Below the pieces are notes generated by a model. It was given only the letters and a program-made list of their open reading frames with translations, ran no database searches and had not been told where the DNA came from. The translations under genes were made by a program, and so were the position numbers. A stretch of 29,705 bases of DNA, from IMG/VR virus record IMGVR_UViG_3300027790_000066, positions 1 to 29,705 of that record; one strand, written 5' to 3'. The DNA comes from a virus. Its lineage: Duplodnaviria; Caudoviricetes. Position 1 is the stretch's first letter. Every line of letters starts with the position of its first letter. Shown here one piece after another: positions 8,105-15,954 of this stretch.

Positions 8105-8604
8105 GGCCGGCAGGGTCCGTGTTCGATGATTTCGAACACAAGGCCGTGCGTGAGTGGCGCGCTATCCAGCCGGAAAAGGCTTTAGACAGGGGGCGCCTTA
8201 AATTCACGATGGAGAACGATCTAGGCGTTCGCAAGGTGTCGCGCGCCAGAACCGTTTACAGCAAGGAAGACGACGAACTAATTCTGGAATATTACGGAAC
8301 AGTCCCGGCCCGCGATATCGCCGAAATTCTTTGCACAGATCACCGGCCCGTTACACGGAACATGGTGATAGGCCGCTACAACCGGATCAAGGATCGGTTT
8401 ACGCCAGAACCGATTGCATTGCCAGCGATGGAAGACCTCCCAAAGCGCATAGAGCGTGCGGTATCGTGCGCGACTGTGGGGTGTTCGCATATACCTGTCA
8501 AATACAGCAGCCATGGCATGTGTCCGCAGTGCAACGCACGCCGCCTTAACAGTTTGCCGCGCGATAATTGCACCCGCGAAATAACTGCCGGTGCAAGCTG
8601 GTGA
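8101..8604 (+). CDS. GcrA-like DNA-binding protein with Cys-rich C-terminus
   Basis: YSKEDDELI...ARDIAEIL...VTRNMVIGRYNRI resembles the GcrA N-terminal domain; CxxxxC...CxxC. Confidence 0.65.
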   Translation: MRPAGSVFDDFEHKAVREWRAIQPEKALDRGRLKFTMENDLGVRKVSRARTVYSKEDDELILEYYGTVPARDIAEILCTDHRPVTRNMVIGRYNRIKDRFTPEPIALPAMEDLPKRIERAVSCATVGCSHIPVKYSSHGMCPQCNARRLNSLPRDNCTREITAGASW

Positions 8605-9359
8605 GTATTCAAGCCGTATCCTGGTGTCTTGGCATTGAGGATGAAAACCTAAAGCCCGTGACCCGCTTCGTTCTGACGGCGCTTGCGAACTACGCCGACG
8701 AGACCGGTGCTTGCTGGCCGTCGCAGGAGACGCTCGCCAAAAACACCGGCATGACAGCCCGCGCAGTGCGAAAACATATGAGGATTCTGGAAGAGGCCGG
8801 ATATATCGCCCGGACACACCGCCAGCGGGCAGATGGTTCGCGTAATTCCGACATCATTCGTATCTGTTTTTCCAACCGGAACATTGTTCCGGTAGACCCA
8901 ATCCAACCGGAACAAACGTGCAATCCAACCGGAACAAACGTGCAAATCCAACCGGAACATTGTTCCGGTAAACCATCATATAAACCATCAATAGAAGAAC
9001 CATCAGACCCCCCTTCGAGTCCCCCCGTGAAAAAACCCGTTGGAAAGCGAAGGCGTGTTCCGCCGGATTGGACGCCGGACGACACTTGCCGAGCCTACGC
9101 CGCCGAGAAAGGAAACACCGATGGACAAATCAGCGACCTTGCCGAAGCCTTCCGAGATTACCACGTCGGAAAGGGAACCCTCTTTGCCGACATCACCGCA
9201 GGTTGGCGGGGGTGGGTCCGTCGCGATATCGAGTTCAACGGCGCCCCTGCGGAGCGTGGAGGCGGTGGACGGGGCGCTGGTGGAGACGTTGCTGCCTTTG
9301 CTCAAGCACTCGATGAACTTGAGGCGCTCCCTGAGGACCACATCCTCCGGCGGATATGA
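8601..9359 (+). CDS. Replication initiator (N-terminal winged HTH, C-terminal DnaT-like domain)
   Basis: VLTALANYADETGACWPSQETLA; internal iterons; PDWTP...FRDYH...WRGWVR. Start at GTG 8601. Confidence 0.88.
   Translation: MSIQAVSWCLGIEDENLKPVTRFVLTALANYADETGACWPSQETLAKNTGMTARAVRKHMRILEEAGYIARTHRQRADGSRNSDIIRICFSNRNIVPVDPIQPEQTCNPTGTNVQIQPEHCSGKPSYKPSIEEPSDPPSSPPVKKPVGKRRRVPPDWTPDDTCRAYAAEKGNTDGQISDLAEAFRDYHVGKGTLFADITAGWRGWVRRDIEFNGAPAERGGGGRGAGGDVAAFAQALDELEALPEDHILRRI
8871..9007. repeat. Putative replication origin: four TCCAACCGGAACA iterons and three AACCATCA repeats
   Basis: Iterons at 8871, 8902, 8924 and 8947 inside the initiator gene, as in lambda O. Confidence 0.85.
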
Positions 9360-9867
9360 ACTTTCCGGCGGCGCGGATGCGGGTGAATGGACATGCGATA
9401 TCGCACCGGGGGTCAATGTCGAAACCCTGCGGGCAGCCTACCGGATCGCGAAAGCGGCGGTCGATGTGCAGTCCTCCGACGAACTGGTGATGAACGCCCT
9501 GATGGCACTGCGGAGCCGGACGGCATCCCGGAAGCAGGATTCCGAGGACGTGTCAGCCAGGGCGAAGATGTACGTCACCGAGTTGACCCGGTTCCCGCCG
9601 GATGTGGTGGTGGAGGCCGGCAAGCAGTTGGGTCGGACACAGACGTTTTTCCCGGCGCTGGCGGAGATTGTGACGGCGTGCGAGGCGCTGGTTGCCAAGC
9701 GGCGGGCGATCCTGGCGGCGATAGAGCGGGCAGGGAAGGCGAACAAACCCGCACCCGTGACGGTGGACCGCCGTGATAGCGATGATCCGGTCTGGCAGGA
9801 ATGGATGAAGGATTTTCTGGCGGGCAATCATGTGACGTTTGAGGAATTCAAGGAGGCGCGGAAATGA
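9280..9867 (+). CDS. Second replication protein, helicase loader/inhibitor-like
   Basis: Follows the initiator; YVTELTRFPPDVV...TFFPALAEI motif. Start uncertain (the frame is open from about 9031). Confidence 0.6.
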   Translation: METLLPLLKHSMNLRRSLRTTSSGGYELSGGADAGEWTCDIAPGVNVETLRAAYRIAKAAVDVQSSDELVMNALMALRSRTASRKQDSEDVSARAKMYVTELTRFPPDVVVEAGKQLGRTQTFFPALAEIVTACEALVAKRRAILAAIERAGKANKPAPVTVDRRDSDDPVWQEWMKDFLAGNHVTFEEFKEARK

Positions 9868-9905
9868 AGCGCGTAATTGTTGAAAGCCCGTTTGCGGGTA
9901 ACTAG
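9864..9905 (+). pseudogene. N-terminal stub of a conserved phage protein (MKRVIVESPFAGN*)
   Basis: Strong SD AAGGAGG and ATGA overlap; the VIVESP(F/Y)AG start normally begins a protein of about 100 aa or more. Confidence 0.6.
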
Positions 9906-9924
9906 AGCCAGAGAGGCCGAGTAG

Positions 9925-10320
9925 ATGGACGCAACGCGCAGAAAATTTCTCGGCGGCATCGCGTTAGCACCAATCGGGGTTCACGCCGCGGCGGAGGCGG
10001 CAAAGACCTCAATGATGACTGGGGTGAGCAACCCCATCGGTCTCGCCAGCGGTCTCTCCGACGGGGTGCCGGCTACAGCCAACGGCGGTTCAGTCGTGTT
10101 CAAAGACTTTGTTTCGTGGTTCGCGTCCCATGGTGAAGAAACGTGCCGTCAAGAGGCAGCGAATGTCCAGGGCTTCGACCCCGACATTCTTGAGATGCGA
10201 CTACCGATGGCGACCAAAAAAAGGATGCAAATAGAGCGCCAGTACAAACGCTCTGTAGCGGAGCAACGCACTTGGTTTGATAGGGTGTTAAAGCGTGATG
10301 GCAGGGTGGAGTGGTGGTGA
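9925..10320 (+). CDS. Protein with twin-arginine signal peptide
   Basis: MDATRRKFLGGIALAPIGVHAAAEA; SD GAGG. Confidence 0.75.
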   Translation: MDATRRKFLGGIALAPIGVHAAAEAAKTSMMTGVSNPIGLASGLSDGVPATANGGSVVFKDFVSWFASHGEETCRQEAANVQGFDPDILEMRLPMATKKRMQIERQYKRSVAEQRTWFDRVLKRDGRVEWW

Positions 10321-10634
10321 TGACAGATAAGACAGTAGAGGCCGTGGCGCGGGCGATATTCGCGGTCGGGTACAGTTGGCCGTGGGAACAAGACACCAGC
10401 GAGTCCGGGGATAATGACCGTGATATCGCGCTAGCGGAAGCCCAAGCCGCCATAACGGCACACACAGCCGCACTGGAAGCAGAGGGCATCGTTATGATGC
10501 CAATCAAGCCTACACCGGAAATGTGCGAGGCGGTGGCGAAGGAGCCAGGTTTTCTGATCGCCTACAACCAGAAAATGAGCTGCACGGCCGAAGTATTTTA
10601 TGGAGCCATGATAGCCGCAAGCAGGGGTGAGTAG
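10320..10634 (+). CDS. Hypothetical phage protein
   Basis: VEAVARAI and PTPEM motifs; TGATG overlap. Confidence 0.75.
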   Translation: MTDKTVEAVARAIFAVGYSWPWEQDTSESGDNDRDIALAEAQAAITAHTAALEAEGIVMMPIKPTPEMCEAVAKEPGFLIAYNQKMSCTAEVFYGAMIAASRGE

Positions 10635-11162
10635 ATGACAAACCCCCGCGCGTTCGAAAACATCGACCCTCTTGAACACCAGGCCAAGCATCACCCGACG
10701 GACCGCTACAGCGTAAAAGACGTTCGCGACCGGGGCGAGGTGAAAAACGGCAAGGTGGTGAGGACGACCGAGGACGTACAGCGGCGCGTCACAGAGTTGA
10801 AGATATGGAACGATCTGGACCCGGCACAGACAGAGGCCGCACAGGCGATATACCGGGGGTGGATGGTTGTCGCCGGGGAGATGCAGCCCAAGTCGGTGAA
10901 CCTGGCGGACCGTGTGGACGGTGGCCGGCGCAAGATCGACCCCGATGCCCGTATCATCATCCGCGAAGATTACCAGCGATGGCTGGCGGAATGTCACCGC
11001 GTGAAGGCGAGCAGGTCTATTAACCTCTGCCTGTCGGTGTTCTGTTTCGGGAATAATCTGGACGAGGCAGCGGCGCTCGCCCGGATGAGTAACCGCAAGG
11101 TAAAGCCCAATCTGGTGGAGGGGCTGGACATTTACTGCGCGGTCAATGGTATGAGGGGCTAG
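10635..11162 (+). CDS. Putative late-gene regulator/antiterminator (Q position, DUF6456-like)
   Basis: Last early gene, just before the late promoter and terminators; C-terminal HTH-like region. Confidence 0.6.
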   Translation: MTNPRAFENIDPLEHQAKHHPTDRYSVKDVRDRGEVKNGKVVRTTEDVQRRVTELKIWNDLDPAQTEAAQAIYRGWMVVAGEMQPKSVNLADRVDGGRRKIDPDARIIIREDYQRWLAECHRVKASRSINLCLSVFCFGNNLDEAAALARMSNRKVKPNLVEGLDIYCAVNGMRG

Positions 11163-11212
11163 ATATAGTGTTTGTTATCAATAGTTTGTAAAAAACTTAC
11201 AACATATAGCGG
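11156..11212. promoter_or_regulatory. Tandem NrdR-box-like sites, 41 bp apart
   Basis: GGGCTAGATATAGTGT (11156) and TTACAACATATAGCGG (11197) share the core CwAnATATAG. Confidence 0.6.
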
Positions 11213-11219
11213 TTTAGGG

Positions 11220-11248
11220 TTGCAAATGACAGGTGCATCGGGCAGAAT
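11220..11248 (+). promoter_or_regulatory. Late promoter (pR'-like)
   Basis: TTGCAA-17-CAGAAT downstream of an AT-rich tract. Confidence 0.65.
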
Positions 11249-11275
11249 ACCCTAAATTCGCGATACGCGACTCTT

Positions 11276-11312
11276 AACCCGCCCGGAGAAATCCGAGAGC
11301 GGGTTTTTCTTT
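11276..11312 (+). terminator. Intrinsic terminator 1 in the late leader
   Basis: AACCCGC...GCGGGTT followed by TTTCTTT. Confidence 0.75.
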
Positions 11313-11381
11313 GCCGCGGCGGTGCTGCGGGTTTTAAGCACGGCGCGTCTGCCTTGGGGTTCGACTCCGGGTAGCGGCAAA
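11310..11381 (+). ncRNA. Degenerate tRNA-like element
   Basis: TTTGCCGC/GCGGCAAA closing stem, GTGCT/AGCAC hairpin and GGTTCGACTCC; no anticodon arm. Confidence 0.4.
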
Positions 11382-11387
11382 TTCATG

Positions 11388-11421
11388 CCCCGGTAAGGCT
11401 TCGGCCCTGCCGGGGTTTTTC
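11388..11421 (+). terminator. Intrinsic terminator 2 in the late leader
   Basis: CCCCGGTA-GGC-TTTCG-GCC-TGCCGGGG stem with small bulges, followed by TTTTT. Confidence 0.8.
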
Positions 11422-11433
11422 TATGGAGATTCC

Positions 11434-11919
11434 ATGGCAGGCGGACCAATTTTCCCACACAGCTTTTACCCGAACCCGGCAACGTCGGGGGATATGTTCC
11501 CGAACTACCACGTCGGGGGCACGAATTCCCGACATGACGAGGGGATCGGGCTGGCTGCATCGATTTCAACAGACGCGACAGCCGAATTGCGTTTTCAGAT
11601 GCCGCCGACGCTCCCGAGCGGGACCGGCAAACTCCGCATTCTGTCGCTCGCGAACGCGACCTCCGGCACTGTGGTTTTCGACCCCCAATGGGTGTCTGTC
11701 GCGGCGGGTGAGAACCCCGACACCGCAACGCTGAACGCCGAGGGCAATACTACGACAACATGGGCATCGGGAGATGCGGACGATTACAAGGAAACCAAGA
11801 TCACCCTTGACGCTGACACGCTGGTCGGCGGCGAAACCGTGGTTATGAATCTGGTGTTTGATTCCACTTCAACCCTTGCGGCGGTGTCTACGCACATCGT
11901 TGCGATTATCTGGGAATAG
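11434..11919 (+). CDS. Beta-rich putative virion protein
   Basis: SD GGAG; Thr/Ala/Gly-rich with alternating hydrophobic strands. Confidence 0.75.
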   Translation: MAGGPIFPHSFYPNPATSGDMFPNYHVGGTNSRHDEGIGLAASISTDATAELRFQMPPTLPSGTGKLRILSLANATSGTVVFDPQWVSVAAGENPDTATLNAEGNTTTTWASGDADDYKETKITLDADTLVGGETVVMNLVFDSTSTLAAVSTHIVAIIWE

Positions 11920-11923
11920 ACGC

Positions 11924-12172
11924 ATGGCAATCACAGCGGACCAGAAAAAGAAAATCGCCAAGAAACTGGCGGCGGAATTCGGCGCCTCGACGGTGGATGT
12001 TACCGGCACGCAGCTAGAGCAGGCCGTGCAGGACATGGACGATTGGATTGAGGCGAACCAGGCCGCAATGGCGGCGGAGTTCAGCGATTCCGGTTTTCTG
12101 TCCTCAGTGCCGGCCCACATTCCCAATCTCGCGTTTGTTCTGACGGTCATGGAGCGTAACGGGAAGCTTTAA
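11924..12172 (+). CDS. Small helical hypothetical protein
   Basis: MAITADQKKKIAKK...; TAATG overlap with the next gene. Confidence 0.75.
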   Translation: MAITADQKKKIAKKLAAEFGASTVDVTGTQLEQAVQDMDDWIEANQAAMAAEFSDSGFLSSVPAHIPNLAFVLTVMERNGKL

Positions 12173-12915
12173 TGGCGCGTAGTTTTAACGGCTCCACCTA
12201 TCAGTTAACGAACACATCGGGGGCTGCCGTCTCCGGCGTGCCCGCTACTTTCGCGGCTTGGTACAAGCCGAACGCATTGTCTTCCGACGCGGAGATATGC
12301 GGCTGTTCCAATCCGGGCAGCACGACTCAGTTGTTTAGATTGATGGTTCTTGGCACGGACAAGGTGTTCGCACAGTTTAGGTCGGATTCATCGGCGATCA
12401 CATCGGCGACCGGAACAACCAATCTGACGGTTGGCGTATGGTGTCATGTCGCCGCGACGTTCGATGCGTCGGGCAATGTTGAGGTTTTCCACAATGGGTC
12501 GTCAGAGGCGACCGGCTCGTTTGCAGGCAGTCCCTCGATAACACTGTCCTGCACTGATATCGGTTATTTGAACCGACCGTCTGATATTAATTTTGCCAAC
12601 GGCGATATAGCCGAGGTTGGCATGTGGTCGGCTGTACTGTCTGACAACGAGATATCGGCGCTGGCGCGGGGCAGCCGGGTGCGGCACATCCGGCCCGGGA
12701 GTCTGGCGTTAGATGTGCCCATAGAGGGGTTGCAATCGCCGGAGCCCGATTACAGCGGCAACGGCATCGACATGACGGTAACGGGCGCGACATACGCGAC
12801 ACATGCCCCTGTGAGTTTTGCGACACGTCAACCGCGGTTTCCGTTGGTTGAAGCGGGCGCAGTTCCTTCAACGTCTTACTACAGCGGAATGAGCCTAATG
12901 GGCGCGGGAGTTTAG
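12172..12915 (+). CDS. LamG/concanavalin-like domain protein
   Basis: TFAAWYKP, WCHVAATFD, NGDIAEVGMWSAVLSDNEISAL and DYSGNG motifs. Confidence 0.88.
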   Translation: MARSFNGSTYQLTNTSGAAVSGVPATFAAWYKPNALSSDAEICGCSNPGSTTQLFRLMVLGTDKVFAQFRSDSSAITSATGTTNLTVGVWCHVAATFDASGNVEVFHNGSSEATGSFAGSPSITLSCTDIGYLNRPSDINFANGDIAEVGMWSAVLSDNEISALARGSRVRHIRPGSLALDVPIEGLQSPEPDYSGNGIDMTVTGATYATHAPVSFATRQPRFPLVEAGAVPSTSYYSGMSLMGAGV

Positions 12916-12916
12916 A

Positions 12917-13684
12917 TTGGCTGATAATGTAGAGGCCGCCGCCGGATCCGGCGGTGCGGTATTCGCTACCGATGACGACGGCACAGCGCATCACCCTTAT
13001 GTCAAAATGGAGTGGGGCGCGGACAACACGCAGACCCCGGTAGCATCTGGCGCGAGTGCCGTGCCTATCCAGGACGGCGGCAACTCCATCACGGTTGATG
13101 GCACTGTTGCGGTGTCCGGCACCGTCACGGTTGACGGGTCGGGAGCGACGCAGCCTGTAAGCGGCACTGTAACAGCGAACCTGTCGGCCACAGACAATAC
13201 GGTGCTAGACAATATCCAGACGTCTGTGGATACCGTTGCGGCGGCAGTATCTACAGAAATGCAGGTGGACGTTGTAGCGGCCTTGCCGGCTGGTTCTAAC
13301 CTGGTCGGCGATGTCGGCCTGTCCGGTGCGAGGACGAGCGGCGGAACGACATTTTTTCACAGCGATGATCTGGACGAGACAGAGGAGCAGATTAAGGGCA
13401 GCGCCGGGCAGTTGTATTGGCTGCACGCGATGAACCTGTCCGCGTCTGTCAAATATCTACAGGTGTTCAACGCGACGGGCGCGAGTGTGACGGTCGGCAC
13501 GACGGCCCCCGATTTAGTCTTCCCTCTTGCATCGCAGGGCGACACGAACGGCGCGGGCTTTGTTCTGTCTATTCCTAACGGGATTGAGTTCGACACAGCC
13601 ATCACGGTCGCGGCAACCACGACAGCGACCGGCGGGACCGGCGCGGGCGCCAATGAAGTTATGGTAAACGCCGGCTACGCATGA
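12917..13684 (+). CDS. Putative virion fibre/decoration protein
   Basis: TTG start with SD GGAG; VxGTVxV low-complexity shaft followed by a globular beta domain. Confidence 0.75.
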   Translation: MADNVEAAAGSGGAVFATDDDGTAHHPYVKMEWGADNTQTPVASGASAVPIQDGGNSITVDGTVAVSGTVTVDGSGATQPVSGTVTANLSATDNTVLDNIQTSVDTVAAAVSTEMQVDVVAALPAGSNLVGDVGLSGARTSGGTTFFHSDDLDETEEQIKGSAGQLYWLHAMNLSASVKYLQVFNATGASVTVGTTAPDLVFPLASQGDTNGAGFVLSIPNGIEFDTAITVAATTTATGGTGAGANEVMVNAGYA

Positions 13685-14217
13685 CAACCACACATCTCGT
13701 CCATTTCTTTTTGGGCGGCGCGCAGACTTACATTGTACCGAATCCCGGTAACTTCGCCGGTTACCACACACTAGGACCATACGCCCATCTTGAGGGCTTC
13801 ACACCCATCGGTGTGGAGACTGTCGAGGAACAGAACACAGGCGGTAAGCTAAGCGCTCAAGAGACGGCGCTGCGTGAAAGCGTAATAGCCGACCTGAAGA
13901 GACAGCGCGTAGAGGCCGCGCGCCAGGCGGCAGCGGAAACACAGGAACTTGCCAAGCCGAAGGCGAAGAAACGCGCCAAGCAGGCCTACAGAGCGATAAC
14001 ACAAAGCGGTGATATGGAGTTGCGCCGGCGGATGGCAGCAATAGCCGCACCGTTCGCGCCCAATCTTGCGGACAGCATTCTACCGCCCGAACAGGCGATC
14101 AAATTCGATCAGATGGTGCAGGACACACAAGCCCTGCAAGACCTGTTCGAAACCTATTACGCGATATTAACGATGGACGAAGAAGCCGCAGCGACGGCGG
14201 TTGTTTTGTTGATGTGA
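13681..14217 (+). CDS. Hypothetical protein preceding the terminase
   Basis: ATGA overlap; ends in an acidic-then-hydrophobic tail (DEEAAATAVVLLM). Confidence 0.75.
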   Translation: MTTTHLVHFFLGGAQTYIVPNPGNFAGYHTLGPYAHLEGFTPIGVETVEEQNTGGKLSAQETALRESVIADLKRQRVEAARQAAAETQELAKPKAKKRAKQAYRAITQSGDMELRRRMAAIAAPFAPNLADSILPPEQAIKFDQMVQDTQALQDLFETYYAILTMDEEAAATAVVLLM

Positions 14218-14241
14218 GGAGGCCGCGAGGTCAGCCGAAAT

Positions 14242-14553
14242 ATGCCAGAGTTTTCAAAGACTAACCAACCCGCCACGGGAAAGAGCAACAAGCGCCGCCA
14301 GTTAATGACGGATGCGTTGATGTTATCGCTTCATCGTGAAGCGGATGGATGTGTTGACGCTGACGGCAAGCCGACAAAGCGCCTCAACCAGATAGCCAAT
14401 CAGTTGGCGCAAAAAGCGGCGGACGGCGACATACAGGCGATCAAGGAAGTATTCGATCGCACTGACGGCAAAGCGATCCAGATGATAGCAGGCGACACCG
14501 ACAACCCAATAGTGCATCGCGTTGAACGAATCATCACTCACCGTTCAGATTGA
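14242..14553 (+). CDS. terS: Terminase small subunit
   Basis: FSKTNQP, KAADGDIQAIKEVFDRTDGKAIQ and GDTDNPI motifs; overlaps terL. Confidence 0.85.
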   Translation: MPEFSKTNQPATGKSNKRRQLMTDALMLSLHREADGCVDADGKPTKRLNQIANQLAQKAADGDIQAIKEVFDRTDGKAIQMIAGDTDNPIVHRVERIITHRSD

Positions 14554-15778
14554 AACGGCTGAGGTATTTGAGCCGCTCCTGGATCCGGCCAGATACAAGG
14601 GCGCACACGGCGGACGGGGCAGCGGGAAGTCCCACTTCTTCGCAGAGAGCGCTGTAGAGACAAGCCTGATGAAACCGGGCACTCGCGGTGTGTGTGTTCG
14701 CGAGGTGCAGAAGACGCTGCGGGAATCGGCGCTGCAACTGATAGCCGACAAGATAGAGCGCATGAAGGCCCCGGGGTTTCGGGTGCTGAATGACAGGATA
14801 GTTACGCCGGGGGATGGCGTCATTCTGTTTCAGGGTATGCAGGACCACACGGCGGAATCGATCAAGTCGCTTGAGGGCATGGACTTCGCATGGGTGGAAG
14901 AGGCGCAGACGCTATCGCAGCGCAGCCTTGAACTGCTTAGGCCGACCATTCGCGAAGAGGGGTCGGAGCTGTGGTTCTCCTGGAACCCGCGTAACGCGAC
15001 CGATCCGGTAGACCGGCTGTTGAGGGGCGAGACATTACCGCCGCGGTCAATCGTGGTGCAGGCGAATTACAGCGATAACCCGTGGCTTCCGAAGGAACTG
15101 GAAGAGGAACGGGCCTACGACCAGGTGAACAACCCGGACAGGTACGCGCATATCTGGCTGGGCGATTACGAGCCGACCGCTATCGGGGCGATATGGAACC
15201 GCCAGAAGATACAGGACGGGCGCAGGGCGGAGGCGCCTGAGATGTCGCGGATACTGGTATCGGTTGATCCTGCGATAACGAATGAAGGCGGAGACGAACA
15301 CGGCATCATTGTTGGCGGCTTGGGGGCCGATCAGCGTGGTTACGTGCTGGACGATATGAGTTGCCACGGATCGCCGCGCCAATGGGCGGACAGGGCGGTA
15401 GCAGCTTACGACAGATACGAGGCCGACGCGATTGTGGTGGAACGCAATCAGGGCGGCGACATGGTGAAACACACATTGCAGAGCGTGCGTCCGGGGCTTC
15501 GGGTCATCGAGGTTGTGGCGACACGCGGCAAGCACGTCCGGGCGGAGCCTATCAGCGCTTTGTACGACCTGGAGCGGATATCGCATGTGGGAACGTTCCC
15601 GCAGCTTGAGGATCAAATGGTGAAAATGACGGCAGCGGGATACGAGGGCGACGGTTCGCCTGATCGTGTGGATTCGCTTGTCTGGCTGATGACGGAGTTG
15701 TTCCCGCGCATGACCAAGAAAAAAACCCGCACGATTAACGTACAGCGCCCCGGTGGCGAAGGCAGTTGGATGGCATGA
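14522..15778 (+). CDS. terL: Terminase large subunit (PBSX-type ATPase)
   Basis: Walker A GGRGSGKS, Walker B WVEEA, SWNP, and nuclease motifs VDPA and SPDRVDS. Confidence 0.97.
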   Translation: MNESSLTVQIETAEVFEPLLDPARYKGAHGGRGSGKSHFFAESAVETSLMKPGTRGVCVREVQKTLRESALQLIADKIERMKAPGFRVLNDRIVTPGDGVILFQGMQDHTAESIKSLEGMDFAWVEEAQTLSQRSLELLRPTIREEGSELWFSWNPRNATDPVDRLLRGETLPPRSIVVQANYSDNPWLPKELEEERAYDQVNNPDRYAHIWLGDYEPTAIGAIWNRQKIQDGRRAEAPEMSRILVSVDPAITNEGGDEHGIIVGGLGADQRGYVLDDMSCHGSPRQWADRAVAAYDRYEADAIVVERNQGGDMVKHTLQSVRPGLRVIEVVATRGKHVRAEPISALYDLERISHVGTFPQLEDQMVKMTAAGYEGDGSPDRVDSLVWLMTELFPRMTKKKTRTINVQRPGGEGSWMA

Positions 15779-15954
15779 GGAAATACACAACGAAAGCAAG
15801 CACGCGTTACAGCGTGGAGATGGACGACGATGTTATGGATGTTCACCTGACTGTCTTCGAAACCGACGACGCTGAGCCAACCGGGATACTGGACGCCAAC
15901 GGCGTTGAGCTTTGGCGTGTGTCAGAGCGCGTTCCTCTCGGGTTTTGTCGCTGA
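15775..15954 (+). CDS. Small conserved protein between terL and portal
   Basis: Overlaps both neighbours; TGILDANG...LGF motif. Confidence 0.7.
   Translation: MRKYTTKASTRYSVEMDDDVMDVHLTVFETDDAEPTGILDANGVELWRVSERVPLGFCR

Noticed and set aside
11310-11381. Functional tRNA gene
   Set aside because: No anticodon arm, imperfect T-stem register and no CCA end
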